Positions 51,149 through 61,883 of a stretch of 64,000 nucleotides of DNA are shown here, piece by piece; the first letter of the stretch is position 1, and each line of letters begins with the position of its first letter. The notes beneath the pieces were generated by a model that did not search any database, had not been told where the DNA came from, and saw nothing but the letters and a program-made list of their open reading frames with translations. The DNA is from Lachnospiraceae bacterium (GTDB taxonomy: Bacteria; Bacillota; Clostridia; Lachnospirales; Lachnospiraceae). The stretch covers positions 5,538 to 69,537 of the forward strand of contig SVEK01000010.1 of NCBI GenBank assembly GCA_015057405.1, read 5' to 3'. A program made the translations under genes and the position numbers.

Positions 51149-52189
51149 TCATAATTTTATGGCATATCTTAATTTGGTGGAAGTAGAGCGGGGATTTTTA
51201 AAACATTCTTCTGCAGAAGGTCTTATTACCTCTTTTGAAATCTCTGCATAGTCTCCGCAATTAAAATGTTGTTTAAAAGACTTTTTAACAAGTCTGTCTT
51301 CTCCGGAATGGAAAGTTAGTATTGCAACACGTCCGCCGGGATTTAGTACATCCGGTAATTTTTCAAGGAATGCATCAAGAACTTCAAATTCATTGTTTAC
51401 GTCTATTCTTAATGCTTGAAATGTTCTTGCGGCTGATTTTTTGAGTGCTTCTTTACGGTCATAAGCAGGAAGAAATGCAAGAGCATCCGCTACAGCATTA
51501 TATAAGGCCTTTGTTGTATTGATGCGTCCGCCGTTTCTCCTGATTTTCATAATCTGTGCGGCAATCTGTGCGGCGTATGGCTCGTCTGCATTTTCAACAA
51601 GCATTCCTTCAATTTCAGCTTCACGCATCTTGGCCAGTCTGTTTGCTCCTGTTATTCCTTCGTTAGGATTCATTCTAAGGTCAAGATGAGCATCTGTTTT
51701 ATAAGAAAAACCGCGTGTAGGATCATCTATCTGCATTGATGATACGCCGAGATCTGCAAGGACAAAGTCAAACTTGCCTGTAACCGTAGCAAGAACGTCA
51801 ATGTCTGCAAAATTCAGGTTTTCAATTGTCAGAATAGAATTGTCGTATCCAAATGCGGCGAGCCTGTCTCTTGTTTTGACAGATTCTATAGGATCCACAT
51901 CCAGAGCATATATATGTCCGGTACCGTTCAGCTTTTCAAGCATGTGTCTTGTATGTCCGCCATATCCAAGGGTGGCATCAAGTCCCTGTTCGCCGGGCTG
52001 TATGTTGAGGATATCAAGTATCTCATTAACCATAATTGACAGATGCATCCCGGCAGGAGTGCTTCCCTTGCTGATTACTTTTTCGATTGTATCCGAGTAT
52101 TTTTCCGGATTATGCTCTTTATATTTTTCTTCATATTTTTTAGGGTGGGTTCCGCTGTAGCGTACCCGTCTTTTATGTTCCTGTTCCAT
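51149..52189 (-). CDS. rsmH: RsmH/MraW-family 16S rRNA m4C1402 methyltransferase, stand-alone copy
   Basis: DATLGYGGH, DLGVSSMQ, RTFQALRI and TFHSGEDR motifs. Confidence 0.85.
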   Translation of the reverse strand: MEQEHKRRVRYSGTHPKKYEEKYKEHNPEKYSDTIEKVISKGSTPAGMHLSIMVNEILDILNIQPGEQGLDATLGYGGHTRHMLEKLNGTGHIYALDVDPIESVKTRDRLAAFGYDNSILTIENLNFADIDVLATVTGKFDFVLADLGVSSMQIDDPTRGFSYKTDAHLDLRMNPNEGITGANRLAKMREAEIEGMLVENADEPYAAQIAAQIMKIRRNGGRINTTKALYNAVADALAFLPAYDRKEALKKSAARTFQALRIDVNNEFEVLDAFLEKLPDVLNPGGRVAILTFHSGEDRLVKKSFKQHFNCGDYAEISKEVIRPSAEECFKNPRSTSTKLRYAIKL

Positions 52190-52465
52190 AAGGGCTCCCT
52201 TTCGTTTATTTGTATTTCAACTCATTATAATATATACAGAGGTAAAAAGGCTACCCCATTTATTAATTTCACGAACATATTATATGATACTCACGGCTCG
52301 GTATAATTTGTATAACAGAGGTTAAAATCATTCCTATGTACGATAGATGCAAATCATAACTTGTTCTTGTATCTTAATCTGTGGTGTAATATAATTATGT
52401 AGTGTTAAAATGATACTATGATGATGTAATACGATAAAGAGAAATTGATTTTGGAGGTAATGAAT

Positions 52466-53770
52466 ATGAAAAAAACAAGAATAATAATAGCCTCTGTGTT
52501 AGCAGCTGTTATGAGTTTATCCGGTGTGGCAGAGAACGGAATTGCTACGAAATTTGTATCAGCGGCAAAGAAACCGGCAATTGCAAAGAAAATATCAGTC
52601 AATGTTGGAGATACTGTTAGTATTAAAGTAAAATATGCCGGAAAAAAAACAAAGGTTAAGTGGTCTGTAAAGTCAAATGGGAAAAAGACTGTTGTAAAAC
52701 CGGGTAAAAAGATATCAAAAGGAAAAAAAGCATCTATAAAAATTAAAGGTGTGGCACCGGGTAAAGCAACCGTGAAGGCTGTTATTAATAACGGCAAGAA
52801 AAAGATTACTTCAAAATGTACGGTGACAGTTCGTAGTGTGAAAAATGAAACCGATGTTCCTGTAGCGGTTCCGACTAATGCGCCGGTAACGCAGGCACCG
52901 GTTATTGTAACGCCTACCAATACACCTGAAGCTACAGTAGGTTCAACCAATGCTCCGACAAACGAACCGGCTGCAACGCCAACAAACGAACCGGCAGATG
53001 AACCGACAAATGAGCCGGTTGCGACTCCGACAAAGGAGCCGGACGAAGACATCAAAGATGAACCGATAGTTACTGACCAATTTGAAATTACTTATGACAG
53101 GGATGAGAACATCGAACAGATAATAGAGTATACTACTCAGGATTATGAATCCGGAAAAGGTGTTATAGTTGATCCTAAGGTAGGTTTTGCCCGTAATAAA
53201 GAAACCGGAGATTTTGACGTTAGTGGCGAGGGACAGGTTAATTTTAAGGTTGTGCCTAAGGAAGGGTATGAAGTAGATACAGTAACAGTCGTTGCAAAGG
53301 ATGGCAGTGATGAAAAGTATTATTCAAGTATTAAGGGAAAACCGGATACAGAAGTTGACAATTTGTTCAGAGTTACTAAAATTACCGGTGATATTATTAT
53401 AAAAATTACATTAAAGGTGGCTGACAATACACCTGTAACAGAATTTGTAGGAACATTTGTTGTAGAGGGCGGACATGCTACAATTACAACTTACAAGTCA
53501 CAGAATCTGTCTGAAGATGGAAAAACCGAGAATGCAACATCAGCTGTTGCCCGTACAAAAGAAGGCGAAGTAGATATTAACGGAGACGGACAGATAAACT
53601 TTGTAGTTAATGTAGAAGACGGCTATAAGGCAAAGGTTAAGGTTTCTCCAAGTATTAATTACAAAAACATTAAAGATTCCAAGGAAGACGGATTGCCTGT
53701 AAACACCTACAGAATAACAAGAATATACGGTGATATAACTATTACGGTAAAGGTTTCACCGGTTGAATAA
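52466..53770 (+). CDS. Secreted protein: Lys-rich Ig-like domain, PTNEP repeats, two repeated unknown beta domains
   Basis: Signal peptide; G.GQ(V/I)NF.V....GY and (F/Y)R(V/I)T(K/R)I.GDI.I each occur twice. ATG at 52466 follows GGAGG. Confidence 0.75.
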   Translation: MKKTRIIIASVLAAVMSLSGVAENGIATKFVSAAKKPAIAKKISVNVGDTVSIKVKYAGKKTKVKWSVKSNGKKTVVKPGKKISKGKKASIKIKGVAPGKATVKAVINNGKKKITSKCTVTVRSVKNETDVPVAVPTNAPVTQAPVIVTPTNTPEATVGSTNAPTNEPAATPTNEPADEPTNEPVATPTKEPDEDIKDEPIVTDQFEITYDRDENIEQIIEYTTQDYESGKGVIVDPKVGFARNKETGDFDVSGEGQVNFKVVPKEGYEVDTVTVVAKDGSDEKYYSSIKGKPDTEVDNLFRVTKITGDIIIKITLKVADNTPVTEFVGTFVVEGGHATITTYKSQNLSEDGKTENATSAVARTKEGEVDINGDGQINFVVNVEDGYKAKVKVSPSINYKNIKDSKEDGLPVNTYRITRIYGDITITVKVSPVE

Positions 53771-53891
53771 TCAATATAGGGTGAATAAGCACACAGGATG
53801 AATAAAATGGAATATACATGGTAAATTATATCTGATGTATCGCCCCTCTGCTTTAGCAAAGGGGCATCAATAATGTATTAAAAATGGAGGA

Positions 53892-54275
53892 ATGATGATG
53901 AAAGTAATATCAACTGAAAAAGCGCCGGCAGCAATCGGACCGTATTCACAGGGGATTATATCCGGAGGATTATTTTTTGCTTCAGGACAAATTCCGATTA
54001 ATCCTGAAACGGGAGCTATAGAAGGAAGCACAATTAAAGAGCAGGCGGAACGTGTAATGCGCAATATTGGGGAACTTCTTAAGGCAGCAGGATGTGATTA
54101 TACAGATGTTGTTAAAACAAGTTGTTTTATAGCAGATATGGATGATTTTTCAGCCTTTAATGAAGTGTATGCAGAATACTTTACCGGTAAACCGGCAAGA
54201 AGCTGCGTAGCAGTTAAGACACTTCCGAAAAATGTTTTGTGCGAAGTGGAAGTAATTGCAGAAGTAAATGATTAA
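53892..54275 (+). CDS. ridA: RidA enamine/imine deaminase
   Basis: APAAIGPYSQG and PARSCV with the catalytic Arg. Overlaps the ilvA start. Confidence 0.93.
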   Translation: MMMKVISTEKAPAAIGPYSQGIISGGLFFASGQIPINPETGAIEGSTIKEQAERVMRNIGELLKAAGCDYTDVVKTSCFIADMDDFSAFNEVYAEYFTGKPARSCVAVKTLPKNVLCEVEVIAEVND

Positions 54276-55509
54276 TCCGGAGGAACAAAAAGTGGAAAAG
54301 TTAACGATAGAAATGTTTGAAGAAGCAACTGAAAAGGTTAATAAAGTTGTTCTTCCGACTCCGCTTGTATATAGTGATTTTTTTAGCAGACAATGTGGCA
54401 ATAAGGTGTATTTAAAACCTGAAAATATTCAGCATACCGGTGCCTACAAGATTAGAGGAGCTTACTATAAAATAAGTACTCTTCCCAAAAATGAAAGGGA
54501 AAAAGGTCTTATTACAGCGTCAGCAGGGAATCATGCACAGGGGGTTGCTTATGCGGCTCAAAGATATGGTGTAAAAGCAGTTATTGTTATGCCAACATCT
54601 ACGCCTCTTATGAAAGTGAACAGAACCAAAAGTTACGGTGCTGAGGTAATCCTTTACGGAGATGTGTATGATGACGCTTGTAACGAAGCTTACAGACTTG
54701 CACAAGAGAACGGTTATACATTTATTCATCCGTTTAATGATATAGAGGTATGTGCCGGTCAAGGTACAATTGCCATGGAGATAATAAAGGAACTTCCTAC
54801 GGTGGATTATATTCTTGTACCAATTGGTGGCGGAGGCCTGGCAACCGGTGTCAGTACTTTGGTCAAATTGCTTAATCCGGGGATTAAAGTTATAGGGGTT
54901 GAGCCGGCGGGAGCAAATTGTATGCAACAGTCGATAAAAGAAGACAAAGTAGTTACTCTTACCACTGCACAGACGATAGCGGATGGTACTGCAGTAAAGA
55001 CCCCTGGAGATATAACATTCGAATATGTTAAACGTAATATTGACGAAATCATTACCGTTGAAGATGACGAACTGATAGAAGCTTATCTTGATATGGTAGA
55101 GAATCATAAAATGGTATGTGAAAATTCAGGTCTCTTAACGATAGCTGCGTTGAAGCACCTTACTTTCAAAGAAAAAAAGGTTGTGTCAATATTAAGCGGA
55201 GGAAATATGGACATAATAACAATGTCCTCCATGATTCAGCACGGACTTATTCAGCGCGGGAGAATATTTACCGTGTCTGTGCTTTTGCCTGATAAACCGG
55301 GACAGCTTGCCCAGGTGTCAGAAGTTATTGCCGGGGAACAGGGCAATGTAGTTAAACTTGAGCATAATCAGTTTGTAAGTATTAACAGGAATGCAGCAGT
55401 GGAGTTAAGAATTACTTTGGAATGTTTCGGTATGGACCACAGGGACACAATAATGAACAGGTTGGAAATCGAAGGGTATCGTCCTAAGCTTGTTCGTACC
55501 AATTTGTAA
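54268..55509 (+). CDS. ilvA: Threonine ammonia-lyase with C-terminal ACT domain
   Basis: TGAYKIRGA, SAGNHAQG, PIGGGGL and LPDKPGQL motifs. Confidence 0.92.
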   Translation: MINPEEQKVEKLTIEMFEEATEKVNKVVLPTPLVYSDFFSRQCGNKVYLKPENIQHTGAYKIRGAYYKISTLPKNEREKGLITASAGNHAQGVAYAAQRYGVKAVIVMPTSTPLMKVNRTKSYGAEVILYGDVYDDACNEAYRLAQENGYTFIHPFNDIEVCAGQGTIAMEIIKELPTVDYILVPIGGGGLATGVSTLVKLLNPGIKVIGVEPAGANCMQQSIKEDKVVTLTTAQTIADGTAVKTPGDITFEYVKRNIDEIITVEDDELIEAYLDMVENHKMVCENSGLLTIAALKHLTFKEKKVVSILSGGNMDIITMSSMIQHGLIQRGRIFTVSVLLPDKPGQLAQVSEVIAGEQGNVVKLEHNQFVSINRNAAVELRITLECFGMDHRDTIMNRLEIEGYRPKLVRTNL

Positions 55510-55528
55510 AAAGTGATGGTATAGATAT

Positions 55529-56071
55529 ATGATTGAAATGATAGAATCATTTGATTATACAATTCTTGATTGGTTTATATCAATTCAGAATCCTATATTA
55601 ACTTCGGTTATGAAAACCTTGACTAATGTCGGTGAATGGGGAATACTCTGGATATGTATTGCAATCGTTTTGATTATTAAGAAAAGTACAAGACATATAG
55701 GTATTACGGTGTTGCTGGCACTTATTTTGTCGGCTGTTGTGTGTAACGGTGTGTTAAAAAATGTTGTTGCAAGACCGCGTCCGTGCTGGCTGCATCCTAA
55801 GATAAATATGCTTATAGGTATTCCTACAGATTATTCTTTTCCGTCAGGTCATACGTCGTCATCTTTTGCGGCAGCAGTAGCAATGCTGGCGTGGAATAAG
55901 GTAATAGGCATACCGGCTGTCGTGACGGCGTGTATTATGGGAATTACAAGACTGTATTTTACTGTGCATTTCCCGACGGATGTAATTGCAGGAGCTGTTA
56001 TTGGAGCAATGCTTGGTTTTGTCGCATATACAGTGGTTAACAGGCAGAAGCGAAACTTGACTTTTGATTAA
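55529..56071 (+). CDS. PAP2 family phosphatase (undecaprenyl-PP phosphatase-like)
   Basis: K...RPRP, SFPSGH and RLYFTVHFPTD motifs. Confidence 0.92.
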   Translation: MIEMIESFDYTILDWFISIQNPILTSVMKTLTNVGEWGILWICIAIVLIIKKSTRHIGITVLLALILSAVVCNGVLKNVVARPRPCWLHPKINMLIGIPTDYSFPSGHTSSSFAAAVAMLAWNKVIGIPAVVTACIMGITRLYFTVHFPTDVIAGAVIGAMLGFVAYTVVNRQKRNLTFD

Positions 56072-56173
56072 TGTATGATATACTATGAAAACGTTGTATA
56101 ATGATGTAATAATGCATCCGACGTGGGGGAATCTCAAGAAGGATAAAAAAAAACAAAAATGGAGTGGATTACT

Positions 56174-57565
56174 ATGAAGAGAATATCAAAGAAGGCTGTA
56201 TCTGTTGTTATGACTTTCGCGATTGCAGCAAGTGTGTTTAATGTTCAGACATCAGATGCAAAAGCCCCGAAATTGAGTACAAAAAACATTAAGATTAATG
56301 AAGGCGGCAAGAAAGTTCTTAAACTTAAGAATGGTTCAAAAAAAGCAAAAGTAACATGGAAAATCAATAAGAGTAGTATTGCAAAGCTTAGTAAAAAAGT
56401 TACTAAAGGTAATAAGGCTTCCGTTACCGTAAAGGGTGTTAAGAAAGGTAGTGCAAAGATTACCGCTATTTATAAAATTAAAGGTGGCAACAAAAAGTTT
56501 ACCTGTAATGTTAAGGTAATGAAAAAAGCAGTGCAGGAGGCAACAGTGACACCGGCAGGCAATAATATTGTTACGGCATCACCTACAGTAGTTCCTGTAG
56601 TAACACCTACAATTCAGCCGACAGCTGTTCCGACAGAGACACCAACACCTACTGCAAAAGTTATTACAGCTGATGAAGCGGTTAATGTTATAGGTAATAT
56701 TCCGTCAGATTACAAGACAGTCAGAGACGATGTTGATTACGGTACATTTGAAGGAATAAAATATCACTCTAATATTACCAATTCAATGAGATCTGCCAAT
56801 GTATTCCTTCCTGAAGGCTATGATGACAGTGATTATGAAACATTATATCCTGTTGTTTATTTGATGCACGGAATTGGACAGTACAGAGGTCTCTTTGGTA
56901 TGAGTGTTGATCAAAGCTCAGTCGCACATATTGCCGGTAACGCAGTAGCAAACGGACTGACTAAAAAGTTTATTATTGTATGTCCGGATATTCGTGTGTC
57001 AGATACAAGAGAAACAGATAACCCTGATCCGAATAACCCGAATGAAGTAAAAACACATTCTCTTGCTAATTACAAGTTCTATGATGATTTCAGAGAGGAT
57101 CTTATAAACAACCTTATGCCGTACATGGAGGAGAATTTCAACGTAGCAACAGGTCGTGAAAACACTGCTGTATGCGGTTTCTCAATGGGAGGAAGAGAAA
57201 GCCTTTATATCGGAATATCAAAACCTGAGTTCTTTGGTTATGTTGGTGGTTTGTGTCCTGCATTTGGATTGGTGGATTATGAGAATGCTAATGTAGCAAT
57301 GGGTGAAGATTCGTTATTCGGTGCACCTGAGAATCTTACACTTCCAAAGGATTATATTAACAATACTTATATACAGATAACTGCCGGTACCAATGATACC
57401 GTTGTTAATAAGCAGCCGCTAGAGTATTATCAGATTCTTCAGGAAAATAATGTTCCGATTCTTTATGCCGAGGTACAGAACGGATATCACGGAGACAATA
57501 CTTATGATCCGGGATTCTATAACTTTATCCTGAACGTATTTCCGTCAGAAGAAGCGAAACAATAA
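56174..57565 (+). CDS. Secreted alpha/beta-hydrolase esterase (CE1-like) with Lys-rich Ig-like domain; paralog of 49784-51088
   Basis: [22 protein letters not shown] and NGYH motifs. Confidence 0.85.
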   Translation: MKRISKKAVSVVMTFAIAASVFNVQTSDAKAPKLSTKNIKINEGGKKVLKLKNGSKKAKVTWKINKSSIAKLSKKVTKGNKASVTVKGVKKGSAKITAIYKIKGGNKKFTCNVKVMKKAVQEATVTPAGNNIVTASPTVVPVVTPTIQPTAVPTETPTPTAKVITADEAVNVIGNIPSDYKTVRDDVDYGTFEGIKYHSNITNSMRSANVFLPEGYDDSDYETLYPVVYLMHGIGQYRGLFGMSVDQSSVAHIAGNAVANGLTKKFIIVCPDIRVSDTRETDNPDPNNPNEVKTHSLANYKFYDDFREDLINNLMPYMEENFNVATGRENTAVCGFSMGGRESLYIGISKPEFFGYVGGLCPAFGLVDYENANVAMGEDSLFGAPENLTLPKDYINNTYIQITAGTNDTVVNKQPLEYYQILQENNVPILYAEVQNGYHGDNTYDPGFYNFILNVFPSEEAKQ

Positions 57566-57645
57566 TATTTTGATTTATACTACAGGTCAGCAGTAATTAA
57601 TTATAATTTGTGAATACTTATTTGTATAGAAAAGAGGATAATAAT

Positions 57646-59190
57646 ATGATTAAGAAACCAACCGTACTTATGATTCTTGACGGCTACGGACTCAATGAAA
57701 GAGAACAGGCAAATGCAGTGGCTGAAGGAAAAACTCCCGTAATGGATATGCTTATGGATAAATACCCGTTCGTAAAGGGTTATGCAAGCGGACTTGCAGT
57801 CGGACTTCCTGACGGACAGATGGGTAATTCTGAGGTAGGTCATATTAATATGGGTGCCGGAAGAATTGTATATCAGGAGCTTACACGTATAACAAAAGAG
57901 ATAGAAGATGGAACGTTCTTTACTAACGAAGGACTTATGGATGCAATCAATAATTGCAAGAAAAATGATTCATCACTTCATATGTATGGATTGTTATCAG
58001 ACGGAGGAGTTCACAGTCATAATACTCATCTGTATGCACTCCTTGAGCTTGCCAAGAGAGAAGGACTTAAAAAAGTATATGTTCACTGTTTCTTAGACGG
58101 TAGAGATACTCCGCCGGCTTCAGGTAAGGATTATGTTCAGGAACTTGCTGATAAGATGAAAGAAATCGGCGTTGGTGAGATTGCAACTGTTATGGGTCGT
58201 TATTATGCGATGGATAGAGATAACAACTGGGACAGAGTTGAAAAGGCATACGTTGCAATGGCTAAAGGTGAAGGAATACAGGCAGAAGATGCAGTTAAAG
58301 CAGTTGCAGATTCTTATGAGAACGAAGTTACGGATGAGTTCGTTGTTCCTACAGTTGTATGCAAGGACGGAAAGCCGGTTGCAACAATTAATGAAAATGA
58401 TTCTGTTATTTTCTATAACTTTAGACCTGACCGTGCAAGAGAGATAACGAGAACATTTTGCGCTGATGATTTTGACGGATTTAACCGCGGAGCCAGAATG
58501 GATATCACATATGTATGTTTTGCAGAGTATGATGTGACAATTCCTAATAAGGAAATTGCTTTTAAGAAAGTTGAGATAACCAATACATTTGGTGAGCTTA
58601 TAGCTGCTAAAGGTATGAAACAGGTAAGAATTGCCGAGACTGAAAAATATGCTCACGTTACATTTTTCTTCAATGCAGGTGTTGAAGAACCGAATGAAGG
58701 AGAGGATAGAATCCTTGTTCCGTCCCCTAAAGAAGTTGCTACTTATGACCTTAAGCCTGAGATGAGTGCTTACGGAGTTTGTGATAAGCTCGTGGAGGCT
58801 ATAGAATCCGGCAAATATGATGTTATCATCATTAACTTTGCAAATCCTGACATGGTTGGTCATACAGGAGTTGAGGAAGCTGCAATTAAGGCTGTTGAAG
58901 CAGTTGATGAATGTGTTGGTAAGGCATATGATGCATTGATGAAAGTGGATGGTCAGATGTTTATCTGTGCTGACCATGGGAATGCAGAGCAGCTTGTTGA
59001 TTATGAAACAGGTGAACCATTTACTGCCCATACAGTTAATCCGGTTCCGTTTATCCTTGTAAATTATGATGAGGATTATACACTTGCAGAAGGCGGATGC
59101 CTTGCAGATATCGTTCCTACTCTTCTTGAAATGATGGAGATTGATAAACCGGTTGAGATGACAGGAAAATCATTACTTGTCAGAAAATAA
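57646..59190 (+). CDS. gpmI: 2,3-bisphosphoglycerate-independent phosphoglycerate mutase
   Basis: ILDGYG, GNSEVGH, NPDMVGHTG and DHGNAE motifs. Confidence 0.98.
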   Translation: MIKKPTVLMILDGYGLNEREQANAVAEGKTPVMDMLMDKYPFVKGYASGLAVGLPDGQMGNSEVGHINMGAGRIVYQELTRITKEIEDGTFFTNEGLMDAINNCKKNDSSLHMYGLLSDGGVHSHNTHLYALLELAKREGLKKVYVHCFLDGRDTPPASGKDYVQELADKMKEIGVGEIATVMGRYYAMDRDNNWDRVEKAYVAMAKGEGIQAEDAVKAVADSYENEVTDEFVVPTVVCKDGKPVATINENDSVIFYNFRPDRAREITRTFCADDFDGFNRGARMDITYVCFAEYDVTIPNKEIAFKKVEITNTFGELIAAKGMKQVRIAETEKYAHVTFFFNAGVEEPNEGEDRILVPSPKEVATYDLKPEMSAYGVCDKLVEAIESGKYDVIIINFANPDMVGHTGVEEAAIKAVEAVDECVGKAYDALMKVDGQMFICADHGNAEQLVDYETGEPFTAHTVNPVPFILVNYDEDYTLAEGGCLADIVPTLLEMMEIDKPVEMTGKSLLVRK

Positions 59191-59283
59191 TTTACAAAAA
59201 AAGTTGTTGAAATATATAACCAGGTATGCTAGAATACCCTTTGTGTGATAATGTGTTTGTAATGTAATTTAGGAGGAAAAGTA

Positions 59284-59523
59284 ATGTTAGTAGTATTAAG
59301 AACGATAGCAACTGTTTTATATATTCTCGTATGTGTTGCACTTATTATTGTTGTACTTCTTCAGGAAGGAAAGTCAGCAGGACTTGGTGCAATCAGCGGT
59401 GCGGCTGAGACATATTGGGGCAAGAATAAGGGAAGATCAATGGAAGGCGGATTACTTAGAGGTACTCAGGTGCTTGCAGGAATGTTCTTCATTTTATCAC
59501 TTATTCTTAATCTTAACTGGTAA
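59284..59523 (+). CDS. secG: Preprotein translocase subunit SecG
   Basis: VLLQEGKSAGLG motif, two TMs, upstream of rnr. Confidence 0.93.
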   Translation: MLVVLRTIATVLYILVCVALIIVVLLQEGKSAGLGAISGAAETYWGKNKGRSMEGGLLRGTQVLAGMFFILSLILNLNW

Positions 59524-59549
59524 GATTGTGTAGTAAATGATTAGAGCCT

Positions 59550-59579
59550 AACCCCTTGTGTTAATCGCAAGGGGTTTTT
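59550..59579 (+). terminator. Intrinsic terminator after secG
   Basis: Stem aaccccttgtg...cgcaaggggtt followed by Ts. Confidence 0.75.
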
Positions 59580-59663
59580 GTCGTTATTCAGGCAGGGGTT
59601 ATATTTCGCCGGGCGGGAATTTTGTATTGAGTGTGTTTAGTGAAATGATAAGAGAGGTAGTTA

Positions 59664-61805
59664 ATGAAATCTTTGTATGATGAAAGAAAAAACATGATAG
59701 ATGAGTATATTCATTCTAAAGAATATAAGCCAATAAAATTAAAACAGATGGCAATGATGTTAGGTGTTCCGTCGGAAGATAAAGCTGAGTTTAGACAGAT
59801 TATAAGAGAACTTACAGAGGATTGTCGTATAAGCATAGATAAACATGGAAAAATAAGACCACATGTTGATGAACTGATTAGCGGTACATTTTCACAGACT
59901 CAAAGAGGTTTTGGTTTTGTGATTCCGGATGAAGAGGGAGAAGATATATTCATACGAGAATCAGATACAGGCAACGCCATGCATGGGGACAAGGTTAAGG
60001 TAAAATTGAATAATTTTTCACGTGGTAAAAGACGTGAAGGGAGTATTGTTGAGATAACCGAAAGAGCTGTGACGACTGTTGTTGGAACTTTGGATAAAAG
60101 TGATAACTTTGCTTTTGTTATTTCTGATAATGTAAGGCTAATAAAGGATACATTTATTCCAAAAGAGAAGATTGGTGATGCCAGGGATGGACAGAAAGTT
60201 GTTGCATTAATTACCGATTATGGCAAAGGAAAGAAAAATCCCGAAGGAGAAATTATAGACATTTTGGGGTATCCTGATGAAGTTGGTGTGGATATTTTAT
60301 CTATAGCAAAAAGCTTTGGGTTGCCGGATTCATTTCCGGCAAATGTAATAAAGGAAGCAAAACGTGCACCTGTAAAAGTTGTCGAAGAAGACATTCAGGG
60401 AAGAAAAGATATAAGAGATTGGTTAACTATAACTATTGACGGGGAAGATGCCAAGGATCTTGATGATGCGGTAACGTTAACATTTGAGAATGGAATATAT
60501 ACTCTGGGTGTTCACATAGCAGATGTTACACACTATGTTAAGGAAGGCAAGCCTCTTGATAAAGAAGCATTGAAAAGAGGTACAAGCGCATATCTTGTGG
60601 ATAGGGTAATTCCGATGCTTCCAAGAGAATTGTCAAACGGCATCTGCTCCCTTAACGAAGGGGTTGACAGGCTTTGCCTCAGTTGTATAATGCAGTTAGA
60701 TATGAGTGGCAATGTGATTGGGCATGAAATAGCGGAGACGGTTATTAACGTTAATCACAGAATGTCTTATACAGTTGTTAACAGATTGGTTAGTCAAAGT
60801 GAAGACAGTATCCGTGAAGAGGAATCAGCAGAGTATATAAAATATAGAGATATATATGGGATGTTAAAACTGATGGAAGAACTTGCCCAAAAGCGTATAG
60901 ATATACGTAAAAAACAGGGTTCGATTGATTTTGACTTCCCGGAAAGTAAGATACTTCTTGATGAAAAAGGTTGGCCGGTTGAGATAAAACCATATGAACG
61001 TAATATAGCAACGAGAATTATTGAGGAATTTATGCTGATAACCAATGAAACAATAGCGGAGGATTATTTTTGGCAGGAACAGCCATTTTTGTATCGTTCC
61101 CATGAGAATCCTGATCCGGACAAAATACAGGAATTGTCATTATTTATAAGTAACTTTGGATTTCATATGAAGAGAACGGGTACCAAGGTTCATCCGATGG
61201 AGGTTCAGAAGTTGCTTGCAGGAATAAGAGGAACCGCAGAAGAAAACCTTATCAGCAGACTTGCCCTTCGTTCTATGAAGCGAGCAAAGTATACTCCGAC
61301 AGCAGACGGCCATTTTGGTCTGGCAATGAAATATTATTGTCATTTTACTTCGCCAATCAGACGATATCCTGATTTGCAGATACACAGAATTATTAAGGAA
61401 AACATTCACGGTGAGCTGTCTGAGAAGAAAAAGGAGCATTATCATTCCATTCTTCCGGGTGTTGCAGAAACCTCCAGTATGTTAGAAAGACGTGCTGAGG
61501 AGGCAGAAAGAGAAGTTCATAAATTAAAAAAAGCTCAATATATGAGCAATCATGTTGGAGAAACATTTGACGGAATAATATCAGGAATAACGGGATGGGG
61601 AATATATGTAGAACTGCCTAATACCGTCGAAGGAATGGTAAGACTTGAAGAACTCTTTGATGATGAGTATTATTATGATGAGAGTAATTATCAGATTGTT
61701 GGCAGATATTCAGGAAATGTTTATTCCCTTGGACAGAGGGTAAAAGTTAAAGTTTTACATGTAGACTTAGACGTTCGAACAATTGATTTTGTGTTTGATG
61801 CGTAG
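59664..61805 (+). CDS. rnr: Ribonuclease R
   Basis: TIDGEDAKDLDDA, HIADV and HFTSPIRRYPD motifs, C-terminal S1 domain. Confidence 0.97.
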   Translation: MKSLYDERKNMIDEYIHSKEYKPIKLKQMAMMLGVPSEDKAEFRQIIRELTEDCRISIDKHGKIRPHVDELISGTFSQTQRGFGFVIPDEEGEDIFIRESDTGNAMHGDKVKVKLNNFSRGKRREGSIVEITERAVTTVVGTLDKSDNFAFVISDNVRLIKDTFIPKEKIGDARDGQKVVALITDYGKGKKNPEGEIIDILGYPDEVGVDILSIAKSFGLPDSFPANVIKEAKRAPVKVVEEDIQGRKDIRDWLTITIDGEDAKDLDDAVTLTFENGIYTLGVHIADVTHYVKEGKPLDKEALKRGTSAYLVDRVIPMLPRELSNGICSLNEGVDRLCLSCIMQLDMSGNVIGHEIAETVINVNHRMSYTVVNRLVSQSEDSIREEESAEYIKYRDIYGMLKLMEELAQKRIDIRKKQGSIDFDFPESKILLDEKGWPVEIKPYERNIATRIIEEFMLITNETIAEDYFWQEQPFLYRSHENPDPDKIQELSLFISNFGFHMKRTGTKVHPMEVQKLLAGIRGTAEENLISRLALRSMKRAKYTPTADGHFGLAMKYYCHFTSPIRRYPDLQIHRIIKENIHGELSEKKKEHYHSILPGVAETSSMLERRAEEAEREVHKLKKAQYMSNHVGETFDGIISGITGWGIYVELPNTVEGMVRLEELFDDEYYYDESNYQIVGRYSGNVYSLGQRVKVKVLHVDLDVRTIDFVFDA

Positions 61806-61883
61806 TAGTTATCTAATGTGTTATCAATCCCGTGTGTCAGCCTATGGGGAGTCAAAGGTTAATGGAAAGGAAGAAAGATTACT

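Noticed and set aside
52200-52440. Possible riboswitch (e.g. c-di-GMP) in the divergent intergenic region
   Set aside because: I could not find the conserved aptamer motifs; an Infernal/Rfam scan would be needed to say more.
53892-55509. ridA-ilvA overlap as a novel system
   Set aside because: Coupling of RidA with PLP-dependent Ser/Thr dehydratases is well established.
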